A stretch of 64,000 nucleotides of DNA from Chiloscyllium plagiosum. Lineage: Eukaryota. How positions within the stretch are numbered: position 1 is the first letter of the stretch; the number at the start of each line of letters is the position of its first letter. The notes beneath the pieces are model-generated. The model saw only the letters and a list, made by a program, of their open reading frames with translations, searched no databases and was not told where the DNA came from. Of this stretch, positions 11,576-23,207 are shown in pieces. Position numbers and translations under genes: made by a program. Where the stretch lies: NCBI RefSeq assembly GCF_004010195.1, contig NC_057719.1, positions 9,795,775 to 9,859,774 on the forward strand, in the 5' to 3' direction.

Positions 11576-12689
11576 TGCAAGCAGGAGAGAAAAATGCTGA
11601 GGGAGGCAAACACAGAAATTACCGGAAAACTGCTTCTCCTTCCTCTGTTTCTGATTTCCAGCATCTGCAGTTCTTGTTTTGTTTTTGCAAGGTGCAGGTG
11701 AATGTTTGAGAGAGAGGGGTCTTGGTTGGGGGGGGATCATAAATGGAATGAATTTTCACTTGAATTTATCTAATTGCTGGCAATGAATGCAATTACTCAA
11801 AAAAAAAATTGTTCCCTTCTCCCAGTGCAGAAATGGCCACATCTGCTCACTTAAAAGAGCTGTCTGAAAATAAATGTTCTATTATTACCAATGCTGCCTT
11901 TCCAGGGAGAAAAATTACCTGACCTAGTAACCATTATCTCCCTTACTGGAAATCTGGCAGTCATGCTAACATTTCTAAATAGCCCACTGAAGAATTCTCA
12001 TAGGAAATTTTGTCCATTATCAGCAGGGATTGTGATCTGCACAACATTAATTTGTGCCACTGTGTAACCATCTTTCGGAAATGAGAGCAAACGCTGTTTG
12101 CAGGAACTTGGGATGCTTTGCTGTCCACCGCAGCCTCAGGCCAGGTTGGGGTGACCTTCATGCTGCTTAAATTAATACTGATTAATGTAACAGCTCCCTC
12201 CTGCAGCTCAGACTGCAGGTTGCTGCTGAAAACTGCCCACAAACATGTTTGGAAGCAGCAAAGATAAATGGTAACCGCTCATTGTTCCAATGAAATCTGA
12301 GTGCTTCCCTCCACAGTGTTGTTTGACCTGCTGATGTTAAGTTATCTAAATGGGAGCCTCAATTGTACCTCACACAAGTCAGGTTTGAGATTAATCGACT
12401 CAGAATTCTGGCTTAAATGTTGAAAATGTTTTTGAAGACTGGAACTCGGTGCAGAAGGGAGTCTCGTTGAAACAGCTGTTTGGAGAATCCTTGGTCTTTG
12501 AATGCCATAAGAGTCACATGGCAGTGCATGTGACAGATTTGAGCCAGTGAGTAATGTGACATTTCAAGGGGAAATATTATTCAGTTTCTTTCAGAAAGTC
12601 AATCTTCAAGCTTTTTTTAAAAAAAAAACAGCCCATAAATATACATTACAACTTTTAAAGGCAGCCTAATACTCCCAGGCTTAGCCAGT

Positions 12690-13960
12690 GAGACACAGAG
12701 ATCGACAGCATGGAAAAGACCCTTCAGCCCATCAAGACTACACCGGTCAAAAACAGCCACCTAACTATTCTAGTCCCATTGTCCAGCACCTGGCTTTGAC
12801 ATCACAACTGTACATCCAAATAATTCTTCAATGTGATGAGGATTTCTGCCTCTCCCACCCTTACAGATAGTGAGTCACAGATTCCCACAACCCTCTGGGT
12901 GAAAAGGTTTTTCTTGACATTCCCTCAAACCTCCTGCCCCTTACCCTAAATCTATGCCCCCCGGTCACTGATTCTTCCACCAAAGGGAAATGTTTCTTCC
13001 TGTCTATCCTATCTATGTCCATCATAACTTTATACATCTCAATCATGTCTCCTCTGCTCCAAGGTAAACAACCCCAGTCTGTCCAATCTCTCTTCATAAA
13101 TCTCCAGGTCAGGTAAATCATCTCTGCACCCTCTCCAATGTTATCACATCTCTCCTATAGGTTGGTACAATTGCAGCATTTAAGATGCATTTGGATGGGT
13201 ATATGAATAGGAAGGGTTTGGAGGGATATGGGCCGGGTGCTGGCAGGTGGGACGAGATTGGGTTGGGATATCTGGTTGGACCAAAGGGTTTGTTTCCATG
13301 CTGTACATCTCTATGACTCTATGTGGAATCCAGAACTGCACACAATACTCTTGCTGTCACCTAACCAACATCTTATACCGTTCCAGCATAACCTCCCTGC
13401 TCCTGAATTCTACACCTTGACTAAGAAATAAAAATATTCCATATGCCTTCTTAACCAATTTATCCGCCTGTACTGATACCTTCAGGGACCAGCACACGCA
13501 CAAATCAATGTCCCTCTGATCCTCTGTAGCTCCCACTATCCTACTGTCTATCATAAAATCCCTTGCTTTGTTCGTCCTGTCCAAGTGCAACATCTCATAT
13601 ATATCAAACTGAACTCCATTTGCCACTGATCAGCCTATATGACTAGCCCGTCTATAACCTCTTGTAATCTAAGGATATTGCCCACACTAATTATCACCAA
13701 TCTGATTTTAATTTTATCCGTAAATTTACTGACCAATCCCCCTTACGTTGGAATCAAAATCATTTATATGTATGCTGACCATGTTGGCTTCAGAGCCCCA
13801 CTGGACACAGGATTCCAATTACAAAAACACCACTTGATTATTTTCTCTGCTTCCTGCCACTCAGCCAATTAGCCAAATTTCCTTGGATCTGAAAGGCTCT
13901 CATCTTTGCTGTCAGTCTCCCTTGTGAGACAGTATCACGAGTCTTGCTGAAGTCTTCTGA
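12690..13960 (-). mobile_element. Old CR1 fragment with a younger plus-strand CR1 3' end inserted (~13160-13322)
   Basis: Peptides RGDMIEMYKVM.DIDRIDR and ADKLVKKAYG; ctctatgactctat tail of the insert. Confidence 0.8.
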
Positions 13961-14489
13961 AGGCTTCAATAACTGCACTTGCCAAGACTCAATAACTGTC
14001 CAGTGGCTATCATTGCTTTTTATATGAGGTTACCATTTACTAATTGGACACTCATGTTAGAACACTGATGACACTTCTGAATTACCTCACAAAGTCACTG
14101 TCATGTAGAGGAGGCCATTCAACCCATTGCATCTGTGCCAGCTCTCCAGATATAAATCTTACTTCCTCCTATTCTCCTGTCTCCATCTTCGAACCCTGAA
14201 CATTTTTCTTTCTCAAAGAATCAACTTCTGAATGACTCAATCAAACCACACTCATCACCAAACCCTCAGGCAGTGAATTCCATACCCTGACCACTCCCTG
14301 CAGACAAGTATTTTCCTCATATCACTTTTGCTTCTTTTATTAATTAATTAAATTGGTGTTTCTCATTTGTGGTCCCTTCCCTTTTGGATTCATTCATGGG
14401 ATCTGGTAATCATGGAGTAGGTCAGTATTCATCATACATCTCAGACAATAGCGAAGAGTTAACCACATTGATGGGTGCCTGGTGTCATA

Positions 14490-14840
14490 AGGGGCAGCAT
14501 GGTGGCTCAGTGATTAGCACTGCTGCCTCACAGCACCAGGGACCTGGGCTTGATTCCAGCCTCAGGTGACTGTCTGTGTGGAGTTTGCATGATTCTCCCA
14601 GTGTCTGCATGGGTTTCCTCCTACAGTCCAAAGATCTGCACGTTAGGTGGATTGGCTATGCTAAATTGTCCCACAGTATCCAGGAGTGCGCAGGCTAGGT
14701 GGATTGGCCATGAGAACTGCAAAGTTACAGGGATAGGATAAAGGGACGGTTCTAGGTTGGTTGTTGTTCAGGCGGGGTAGGGGGGAATGATATGGACTTG
14801 ATGGGCTGAAGGGACTGTTTCCGCACTGTAGGGATTCTCA
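14490..14840 (+). mobile_element. HE1-type tRNA-derived SINE
   Basis: Head ggcagcatggtggctcagtgattagcactgctgcctcacagc; tail actgtagggattct shared with CR1 3' ends. Confidence 0.88.
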
Positions 14841-15487
14841 TAGAATCACAGAATCCACCCTTCCCACCCCCTGGGGGTCTGGACTACTAGCCAAGTGACA
14901 TTACCACAACAGCACGCTATGTCTCCATGAACAGATGCATTGCTCCATATTTAGCCTGTCCAGACCATACAATTTTGAATAGTTCAATCAATTCTCCTCT
15001 TAGCTTTCTCCCTCCCAAAACTTGAACGTCCAAATCTGTCTTCACAATTCCTCATTCCTGAATTTATTAATGTAAACTTCTTCTGCAATGCCTTCTTAAA
15101 GTCCTGAACTGTATAAAATACTCAGTTTGAGGTCAAATCCATGCGTTATATAAATTTAACATAACATTCTTGCTTCTGTACTCTATGCCCTTGTTAACAA
15201 AGCCTAAGGTGAGTGTCTGTTGGAGTTTGCATAATTCTACCCGTGTCTGCATGGGTTTCCTCCCACAGTCCAAAGATCTGCACGTTAGGTGGATTGGCTA
15301 TGCTAAATTGTCCCACAGTATCCAGGAGTGTGCAGGCTAGGTGGATTGGCTATGAGAACTGCAAAGTTACAGGGATAGGATAAAGGGATGGGTCTAGGTT
15401 GGTTGTTGTTCTTTTTATTTATTGTCCTCTCAAGGCATCTTGCTATTGTTAGTGACAAGTGCACGCATACATCCAGGACTCTCTGCA

Positions 15488-15900
15488 CTTAACATCCTCT
15501 TTAGAGTTGTAGCCTTTGCTTTCATGTTCTTTCTACCAAATGACATCACCTCACACTTTTAGAATTAGAATTAGAATCCCTACAGTGTGGAAACAGGTCC
15601 ATTGGCCCAACAAGTCCACACTGATCCTCCGAAGAGTAACCCACCCAAACCCGTTCCCTACCCTATATTTACCCCTGACTAATGTACCTAACCCTTAACA
15701 TCCTCTTTAGAGTTGTAGCCTTTGCTTTCATGTTTTTTCTACCAAATGACATCACCTCACACTTTTAGAATTAGAATTAGAATCCCAACAGTGTGGAAAC
15801 AGGTCCATTGGCCGAACAAGTCCACACTGATCCTCCGAAGAGTAACCCACCCAAACCCGTTCCCTACCCTATATTTACCCCTGACTAATGTACCTAACCT
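15488..15900 (+). repeat. ~206-bp near-perfect tandem duplication spanning a LINE/SINE junction; full minus-strand HE1 SINE continues to ~16117
   Basis: Units start cttaacatcctctttagag at 15488 and 15694; duplicated ORFs 15516 and 15722. Confidence 0.92.
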
Positions 15901-18059
15901 ACACATCCCTGAACACTATGGGCAATTGAGCATGGCCAATTCACCTGACCTGCACATCTTTGGGTTGTGGGAGGAAACCGGAGCACCCACAGGAAACCCA
16001 CACAGACACAGGGAGAACGTGCAAACTCCACACAGACAGTTGCCCCAGGCTGGAATTGAACCCAAGTACTGGGTGCTGTGAGGCAGCAGTGCTAACTACT
16101 GAGCTACCATACCACCCTTAGCAATGAACTTCATCTGCCACCAATCCATCACTCCACCATCTTGTCTCTGCCCATTCAAAGTACAAAACTTTCCTTCTCA
16201 CGTTGGTTTCATGTTTGGAACCATCTCTAAATGTTGACATTGTGCCCTGTACACCAAGGTCTAGGTCATTAATATAGATTAGGAAGGCCAAGGGTCCTAA
16301 CACTGATCCCTGGAAATGACACTACAAACCTTCCACCAGCCCAAAGAAACATTTTCTCTCAAATCTTCAAAACCAATTTCTGTTTCATGTCATAGTTTAT
16401 TCTATTGACTGTAAATAACTTTACAATAGAAGCACAGAAAATAGGCTTGGGAATAGGCCATTCAAGTCTGCCCCACTGTTCAATATGATCAAGGCTGACT
16501 GTGCAACTCAGTCCCCTGTTCCTGCTTTCTCTCCTCGCCTTTTGACCCTTTAGCCCTCAGAACTATATCTGACTCCTTGAAAACATTGAGTTTTTGGCCT
16601 CAACCACGTTCTGTGGCAGAGAATTCCACAGGCTCACCATTCTCAGGGTAAAGAAAGTTTTCCTTGACTTAGTCCTAATGACTTGCCCTGCATCCTTAAA
16701 CTGCAACCCTTGGTCCTGAACTACCTGGTCATCAGGAACATTTTCAAATATTCAGCCATATATAGTCCTGTTAGAATTTTATAGGTTTCTGTGAGATTCA
16801 AGGTCCGAGCAAGTAATGCTCATCTCTTTCCCATTTCACAATGCACTGTTAACGTGAAGCTGAGCAAGTCATCAGTTTCATTCAGAAAGACAGATCACTG
16901 CCACCCACTCAACAGCACTTGAGATGGACAATAAGTGTTACCAGTGATGCCCTAACTCCCATGAATGCACTAAAGAAAAGGAGAAAGAAAGGGAAATTGT
17001 ACCCATCAAGCCGATAACTTGGTGCAATCCAGCCAATCACTGTCTCCAGTCTGTCACATCTGTCCAAAAGGATCTGAAATTCCTCACTGTTCACTTCCAA
17101 AGGTAACATCATTATGCCCATCCATCTTTAAATCTGTGGCATGGCATGGCATGACATTTCCAGGGATGTAGCAGATATTTTAAACAAAGCACAGCAGCTG
17201 ATCATCAAACCACTGCAGATGAATTACAATGTCGGCACCTGTAAAGTGCTACATGTGGGAAGGGGAAGTAAATGTCCGATATATTAAAGCAACAACTTAC
17301 TTTTATATGATGCCTTAAATATAACCACATGTCTTGAGGTCCTTAAAACCTACTCCAAAAGTGAGAACTGCAGAGGCCAGAGATCAGAGTCGAGAGTGTG
17401 GTGCTGGAAAAACACAGCAGGTCAGACAGCATCCAAGGAGCAGGAGAATTGATGTTTCGGCCCTTCATCAAGAATGTAGGGGGGAGCTCAAGGGGACTGA
17501 GAGATGGAAGCCAATGGAAAGTTGAACAATAATCGCCAGAACTATTCAATGCAATTAAGCCAAACAAAGTTACCCTGAAAAAGTATGAACAGAGAATAGC
17601 TCTGTGTACTGTGCCCAGCTCTGGTCACCAGGGGAGGTATTTAACTATTCGAGAGACTGATAGTAATTGTCACAGTGCTCTACTTTGTGAAGAAACAGTC
17701 TGTGTCGTAAAGGAATACTGGTGGGTTACAGATTTCTCAACTCTGCAAGAAGTTATGTTAGATTGCAAACAGTATGCAAAAGGCAAATAACCTTAAACAA
17801 GGTAACAGTGGGAATATAGGGCACAGCTTTACTGCCGCTAAAAATATGGTTTTGGTTCCAAAAATCAGGAAATTCTTCAGGGAAAGCAAACATTCAGTAA
17901 TACTAGAGAGAAGCAAAGTCTTTGAAATCCTGTAAAAAAACAATGGGATGTTGCATGGAATGTTTAGGGACAAATCCTCAGATAGGTGTAAACTAGAATG
18001 AATCAAATTGCTTTCTTTATGCATAACAATCTTGTGATCTCAATCGGCATATCACCCTT

Positions 18060-18275
18060 ATTGGGGTCAGTTAGCTCAGTTAGCTGATTGCCTGGCTTGT
18101 AAGGCTCACAATGTGGGTTCAATTCCTGCACCAGCTGAGGTTAGCATGAAGGACACTCCTTCTCAACCCCTCCCCTTGCCTGAGACATGATGACCCTCAG
18201 GTTAAGCCACCACCAGTTGTCTCCCCTTGGATGAGAGAGCAGCCCTTTGGTCAGGTAAGATTATGGTAACTTGAC
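18060..18275 (+). mobile_element. tRNA-derived SINE of a second family (reverse copy at ~55150-55370)
   Basis: A-box-like tagctcagttag, B-box-like gggttcaattcc; body gaccctcaggttaa..caccaccag matches the reverse complement at 55200-55300. Confidence 0.65.
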
Positions 18276-18291
18276 CTTTATTATACTTAGC

Positions 18292-18496
18292 TGAAAATGT
18301 GTTGCTGGAAAAGTGCAGCAGGTCAGGCAGCATCCAAGGAACAGGAGAATCGACGTTTCGGGCATAAGGCCTTCTTCAGGAATAGACGTTTCGGGCATAA
18401 GCCCTTCTTCAGGAATCATCTGCCTGACCTGCTGCGCTTTTCCAGCAACATATTTTCAGCTCTGATCTCCAGCATCTGCAGTCCTCACTTTCTCCT
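18292..18496. mobile_element. Fold-back family-B Penelope-type element with a tandemly duplicated hammerhead core
   Basis: 17-bp target-site duplication cctttattatacttagc (18275-18291, 18497-18513); 33-bp unit repeated at 18347 and 18380. Confidence 0.85.
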
Positions 18497-19624
18497 CCTT
18501 TATTATACTTAGCAATTTTAAACACAACATTCTTTTGAGCAGTGTTTTATTTTAGGGAGACTAATCAGTGCAACAAAAAATGCTTGTTTTGCTTATTGCA
18601 TTGTATCAGCTTTTCTGACATTCATTTTAAATCCCATTACGTCAGCACTCCTCTTCACTTAAAGAACTGGAAAATGTTGAAACCACTGCTCTAAAATCAG
18701 CCCTCACGTAATCAGCTTTGGCATCAACGAGTGACTCTTGGCAGCTTGATTGCAAATGTGCTCCATCTCAGGAGCCCTACAGACTGGCTCCAAACTGCAC
18801 TAGCATTCTGCTTCTGCGTAAAAATCTATTTAAGTTATCGTCTCTCAAGTTGCCGCATCAGCCCACCAGCAGAAGAATAACATGAAACAAAAACACATTC
18901 GCCCCCTTGTCTCCCTGTCAACGCATGCATGCAGGAAATACATTCATAACTGAACTACCAATCAGGAATGACCTAAAAAGTCACGTCCCTGCATTTTTAC
19001 AAGAGTCAAGCATGATAAAAATGCATCTGAAGAATGAAAGTTCGAGAGATTATTCCCCAGTCGGCAGCTATCTAAGTGATTAAAAAGGGGAATGGCTGCT
19101 CTATTGGGAGGATGTGATGGCGTGAACGTTTTATTATGATTCATAATTCTCTTAAGCTGTTTGCAATACCTTTGGAGGTAATTGACCAGCTAACATACTC
19201 TTTATACTAAATGTTTAAATGTCACAGTGCTCAAATACCATCCATTCCTTAAAGAATTCTTTGTGATTGTAGGCTTATGGGTTGATGGTTCCGTTTGGAC
19301 ACCAAAGAATCTGAGCTGTTCAGGTTGGATAGATTATCAATACAATGAGAATGCAGGTCAACTTGCTATAGATATTCTGCCACTAAAGCCAAAGCATAAT
19401 TTTAAAAACCATATGTGATGATATTTGCGAAACACATTGAGGCAAACAGGTTGGAAGACTTCAAACAGCAGACTACAAAGGGTTGAGCACACAAGTCTGA
19501 AAATGCCAGGATTTTCACTCAAACGGTAGGACCTATGTAAACCTTCCTGATTGAGCATAGGAGAAACTGCCGACAGTTCTGGGTAATTTCAGCACTGAGG
19601 ATCATCTTAACTGTTCAGGTTTGA

Positions 19625-19950
19625 TCACAGAATCCCTACAGTGTGGAAGCAGGCCATTTAACTCATACCAATCCTCTGAAGAGCATCCCACCTAGATCCA
19701 GCACCCTACCCTATAGCCCTGCATTTCCCATGGCTAATCCACCTCACCTGCACATCCCTGGACACTGTAGCATGGCCATTCCACCTAATCTTTGGACTGT
19801 GGGAGAAAACCAGAGCGCCCCGAGGAAACTCATGCAGACATGGGGAGAATGTACAAACTCCACTCAGACAATCGTCCGAGGTGGAACCGAGCCCAGGTCC
19901 GTGGCACTGTGAGGCAGCAGCGCTAACCACTGAGCCACCGTGCCACCCCA
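19625..19950 (-). mobile_element. HE1-type SINE
   Basis: Reverse complement of gggtggcacggtggctcagtggttagcgctgctgcctcac at 19910-19950. Confidence 0.88.
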
Positions 19951-21670
19951 AAGTGTTGGTCTTTCCACCGGAGCTATTATTTATTGCATGAGATGAATTC
20001 CAAGTTTTACATTTTTAAGTGACCCACCCACCCAAATGGTGTCCCTTACAACATGAGTCAGTGTTTTTTTGAATATTTCTACACTGATGCTAACTTACCC
20101 AGTCCAACCCTGTTTCTACATTTTTGCACACTAAGAGAAAAGACTTTGGTGACACACACACACAGACACACACATGTATTCCACACTTCAGTACTGAACT
20201 GAAACTTTGCAAGTCCACTGATGACTTGCTAAGAAAGGTGATGGACCCCAATACTGGAATATGATTCTCTGTGTTCAGATTACCACGTACGATTCCCAAT
20301 GGTCCAACCGAGTACATCACACGTGGCTTATTCTTTCAAGCTTCATTTCAGGTTAACAGCTTCTGAAGGCTATTGCGCTACGCTAAGAAGTTACTAACCA
20401 TTGGATTGGCAAGATTAAAGCCTCTATATGTATCTTTACCTTTAGTCATTTTAGAAATACTTTATAAATCAGTTTAATATGAAAAATGCAACTGCGTTTT
20501 AAGCTTTATTTGATATAAGGCCACATTATCTGAGCTTATCATGAGATGTAGGAGCAGAAAAAAGTAGGCCATGAAGGCTACTCTACTATTTAATGATATC
20601 AAGGCTGACCTAATGATCCTCAATTTCCATTTTCCTATCTTTTCCCATTACCCTTGATTCCTTTCCTGATTAAAAATCTGTCCATCTCAATCTTCAAAGT
20701 ACTTCACAACCCAGCCTTGATAGCCCTCTGTGGTAAAGTATTCCACAAGTTCACTCTATCCTCAGAGAAAAAAATTCCTTATCTCTGTTCCATTGATCTG
20801 TGGGTTACACCACCAGCACATTCCAGCATCTACAAGCTTCTGTTATACAGTAGGAGTCACAAAAGTAAATATGGGATACTTAGTGGCAGGTGAGATAGTA
20901 ATAATAGTGAAAATGGAAATGTCAGACATCATAAACTTGTTCCCTGCCTCCACAGTAGAAGATACAATGACCATTCCAGAGAAGGGTCAAAGGAGAGCAA
21001 AGGGCTTAATGGAAGGAGAAAGTACTGAAGAAATTAATGGGATTAAAAGCGAACAAATCTCTTTGCCCCAAAGCCCTACATTTCTAAAAGAGGCAGCTGC
21101 AAGGACAGTAGATAAATATTCCTAAATCCTGGAAGAGCTCCAGTTGGTTGGAAATTAGTAAATGGAACCCTCTTGTTCAAGCAAGGAGGGAGTGAGAAAA
21201 CTGGGATTTCTAGGCCAACTGACTTAACACACTGATGGTGGGGAAAGCGATGGAATCTATTACTCAGTGTTAAGAGGATACTTAAAGTCATAATAGTAAT
21301 AGGAAAGGGAAATCCTGTTTGATAAATCTGCAGTATTCTTTGTTGATGAGACTCAATGTAGATAAAGGAGTACCAAAGCTCTGCCTTTCCTCCTTCTAAG
21401 TTTTATTTCTTCTTTATTCATTCACAGGATGAGGGTATCACTGACTTGGCAGCCTTTATTGCCAATCTCTAATTGCCCAGAGTTAAGAGTCAACCACAAG
21501 ATTCCAGATGGCAGCGACCCAGCAAGTCTGAGTCTGTAATGCTCTGCCTAAGACTCAGGCAAAGTGGGGCACCCGCCTTTACCACATCTTTTAATTCATT
21601 TAAAATAGCTTTTGCCCAGTATACTTAGTCATTTTGCATCAAACATGAACAGTTTCGTGTTGTTCTTAAA

Positions 21671-22529
21671 ATGACTAAGGGCAAAAATTCCCAAAGTTCG
21701 CAACATGCAGGGACGCCTCCCCCACCCCCTCCAGCAGCAGCAGGGACGCCCGCGACCGCCTCAGGGAACTTACCTGGGGAGGCGAGCCTGATCTCCGGGA
21801 TCAACAAACTGCAGGAGAGGATCGATGCCTTCATCGAAGAATCCAGGACCAGGTGGGACTCGTTCTCGATCGTACTGCAGAAGCACGACCGAGAAATTGA
21901 GAAACGCTAACAACGCGTCAGAGGGGCGGAGCAAGGGGCCACGACCTCGGAAGTTGCTGCCAAATCAGCCGTGGGCCGGGTCCGGGCTCTCGAGCAGCGA
22001 GTCCGGACCTTGGAAGAGCACATCGATGACCTCGACAATCGGGGTCGTCGAAAAAATATTCAGTTGCTGGGCCATCCTGAACGGGAAGAGGAAGGCCAGC
22101 TTGCAGTATTTTTTGGAGCAATGGCTCCCTCAAATATTAAAGTTGGCGTCAGGATCAGGCCAGGTGTGGGTAGAGTGGGCCCACCGGGTTGCTCTACGCA
22201 GGCCCGGGTCGGACCAGTGCTCACGCCTGGTTCTGTTCCGGCTCCAATGCTGTAAAGAGAAGTAGATGCTCCTGGAAGCCTCCAGAGTCCTGGGAAGGAT
22301 CCCCAGGCCATGATGTACAAGGGTTCCAGGATAATGTTATTCCAGGATTTTTCTCCAGCTATGGTCCGCAAGAGGAGGGCATTCGAATGAGGCGAAGAAG
22401 CACCTAAGAGACCTAAATATCCAATATTCCTTCCATTACCCAGCAACGCTGCGCTTCAGCCACCAAGGATCTGTATACAACTTTGGATCACCGGAGAAGG
22501 CTAAAGAATTTTTGGACTCTCTTAAATAG
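21671..22529 (+). pseudogene. L1 ORF1p remnant (coiled coil plus Transposase_22-type region) with stops and frameshifts
   Basis: RVRALEQRVRTLEEHIDDLDNRGRRKNIQLLGHPE, LEQWLPQIL, WAHRVALRRP. Confidence 0.85.
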
Positions 22530-23207
22530 ACAGTAAGATTCAAACCGTATGGATAAGTATTTTACTCCCAGCTCCCCCACCCCCACCCTTTACTCTTTCT
22601 TTCCTTCTCCATCCCTTTTTTGTTCATTACCTTCTCCGGGGGGCAGGGAGGAGGGCTTTTTTGTTATTCACTATGTGATTTCTTGTTTTACAGGCTGTGC
22701 AGCTTTATTTGATTTGTGTGGGAGGGAGGTTTGTTTTGTCCTACCTTTTTCTTAGAGCGGGGTTCTCTTCTTCTGTCTTCTTAATTAGTTTTCTAAGAAT
22801 TGCTAAGACTGTAACTTTGTAGTTTTATATATTTTGTATTATGCTTGCTAAACGCACCTAGGTGTTGGTGTTGGTGGTGTGGGGGGGGCACTCATTTTTA
22901 ACTTTGGTTTTATAGAACACTTGAATTTGTCTACTCCATTTTATAATGCTGGCTCAAGGGCTGGGCACTAGTTAGGAGAGGTTATGGTGGGGTTATTGAT
23001 AGGTAGTTACACCCCCATTGGGAGCAAGGGGGAAAATCTCCTTTCAAATGTGTTTTGTATTTTTGTTTTACTTAGGGTAGTTTTTAATTGTATTGGTGTA
23101 AATGTCTTAAAGAATTTTTGCTTTTGTGAATTTTCCATTGTCTTTACTCAGGGTGTTTTTGGTGGGGTTCTTCCTCCTGGGGGGGTCTCGGGCTTGCCTG
23201 GATGATC

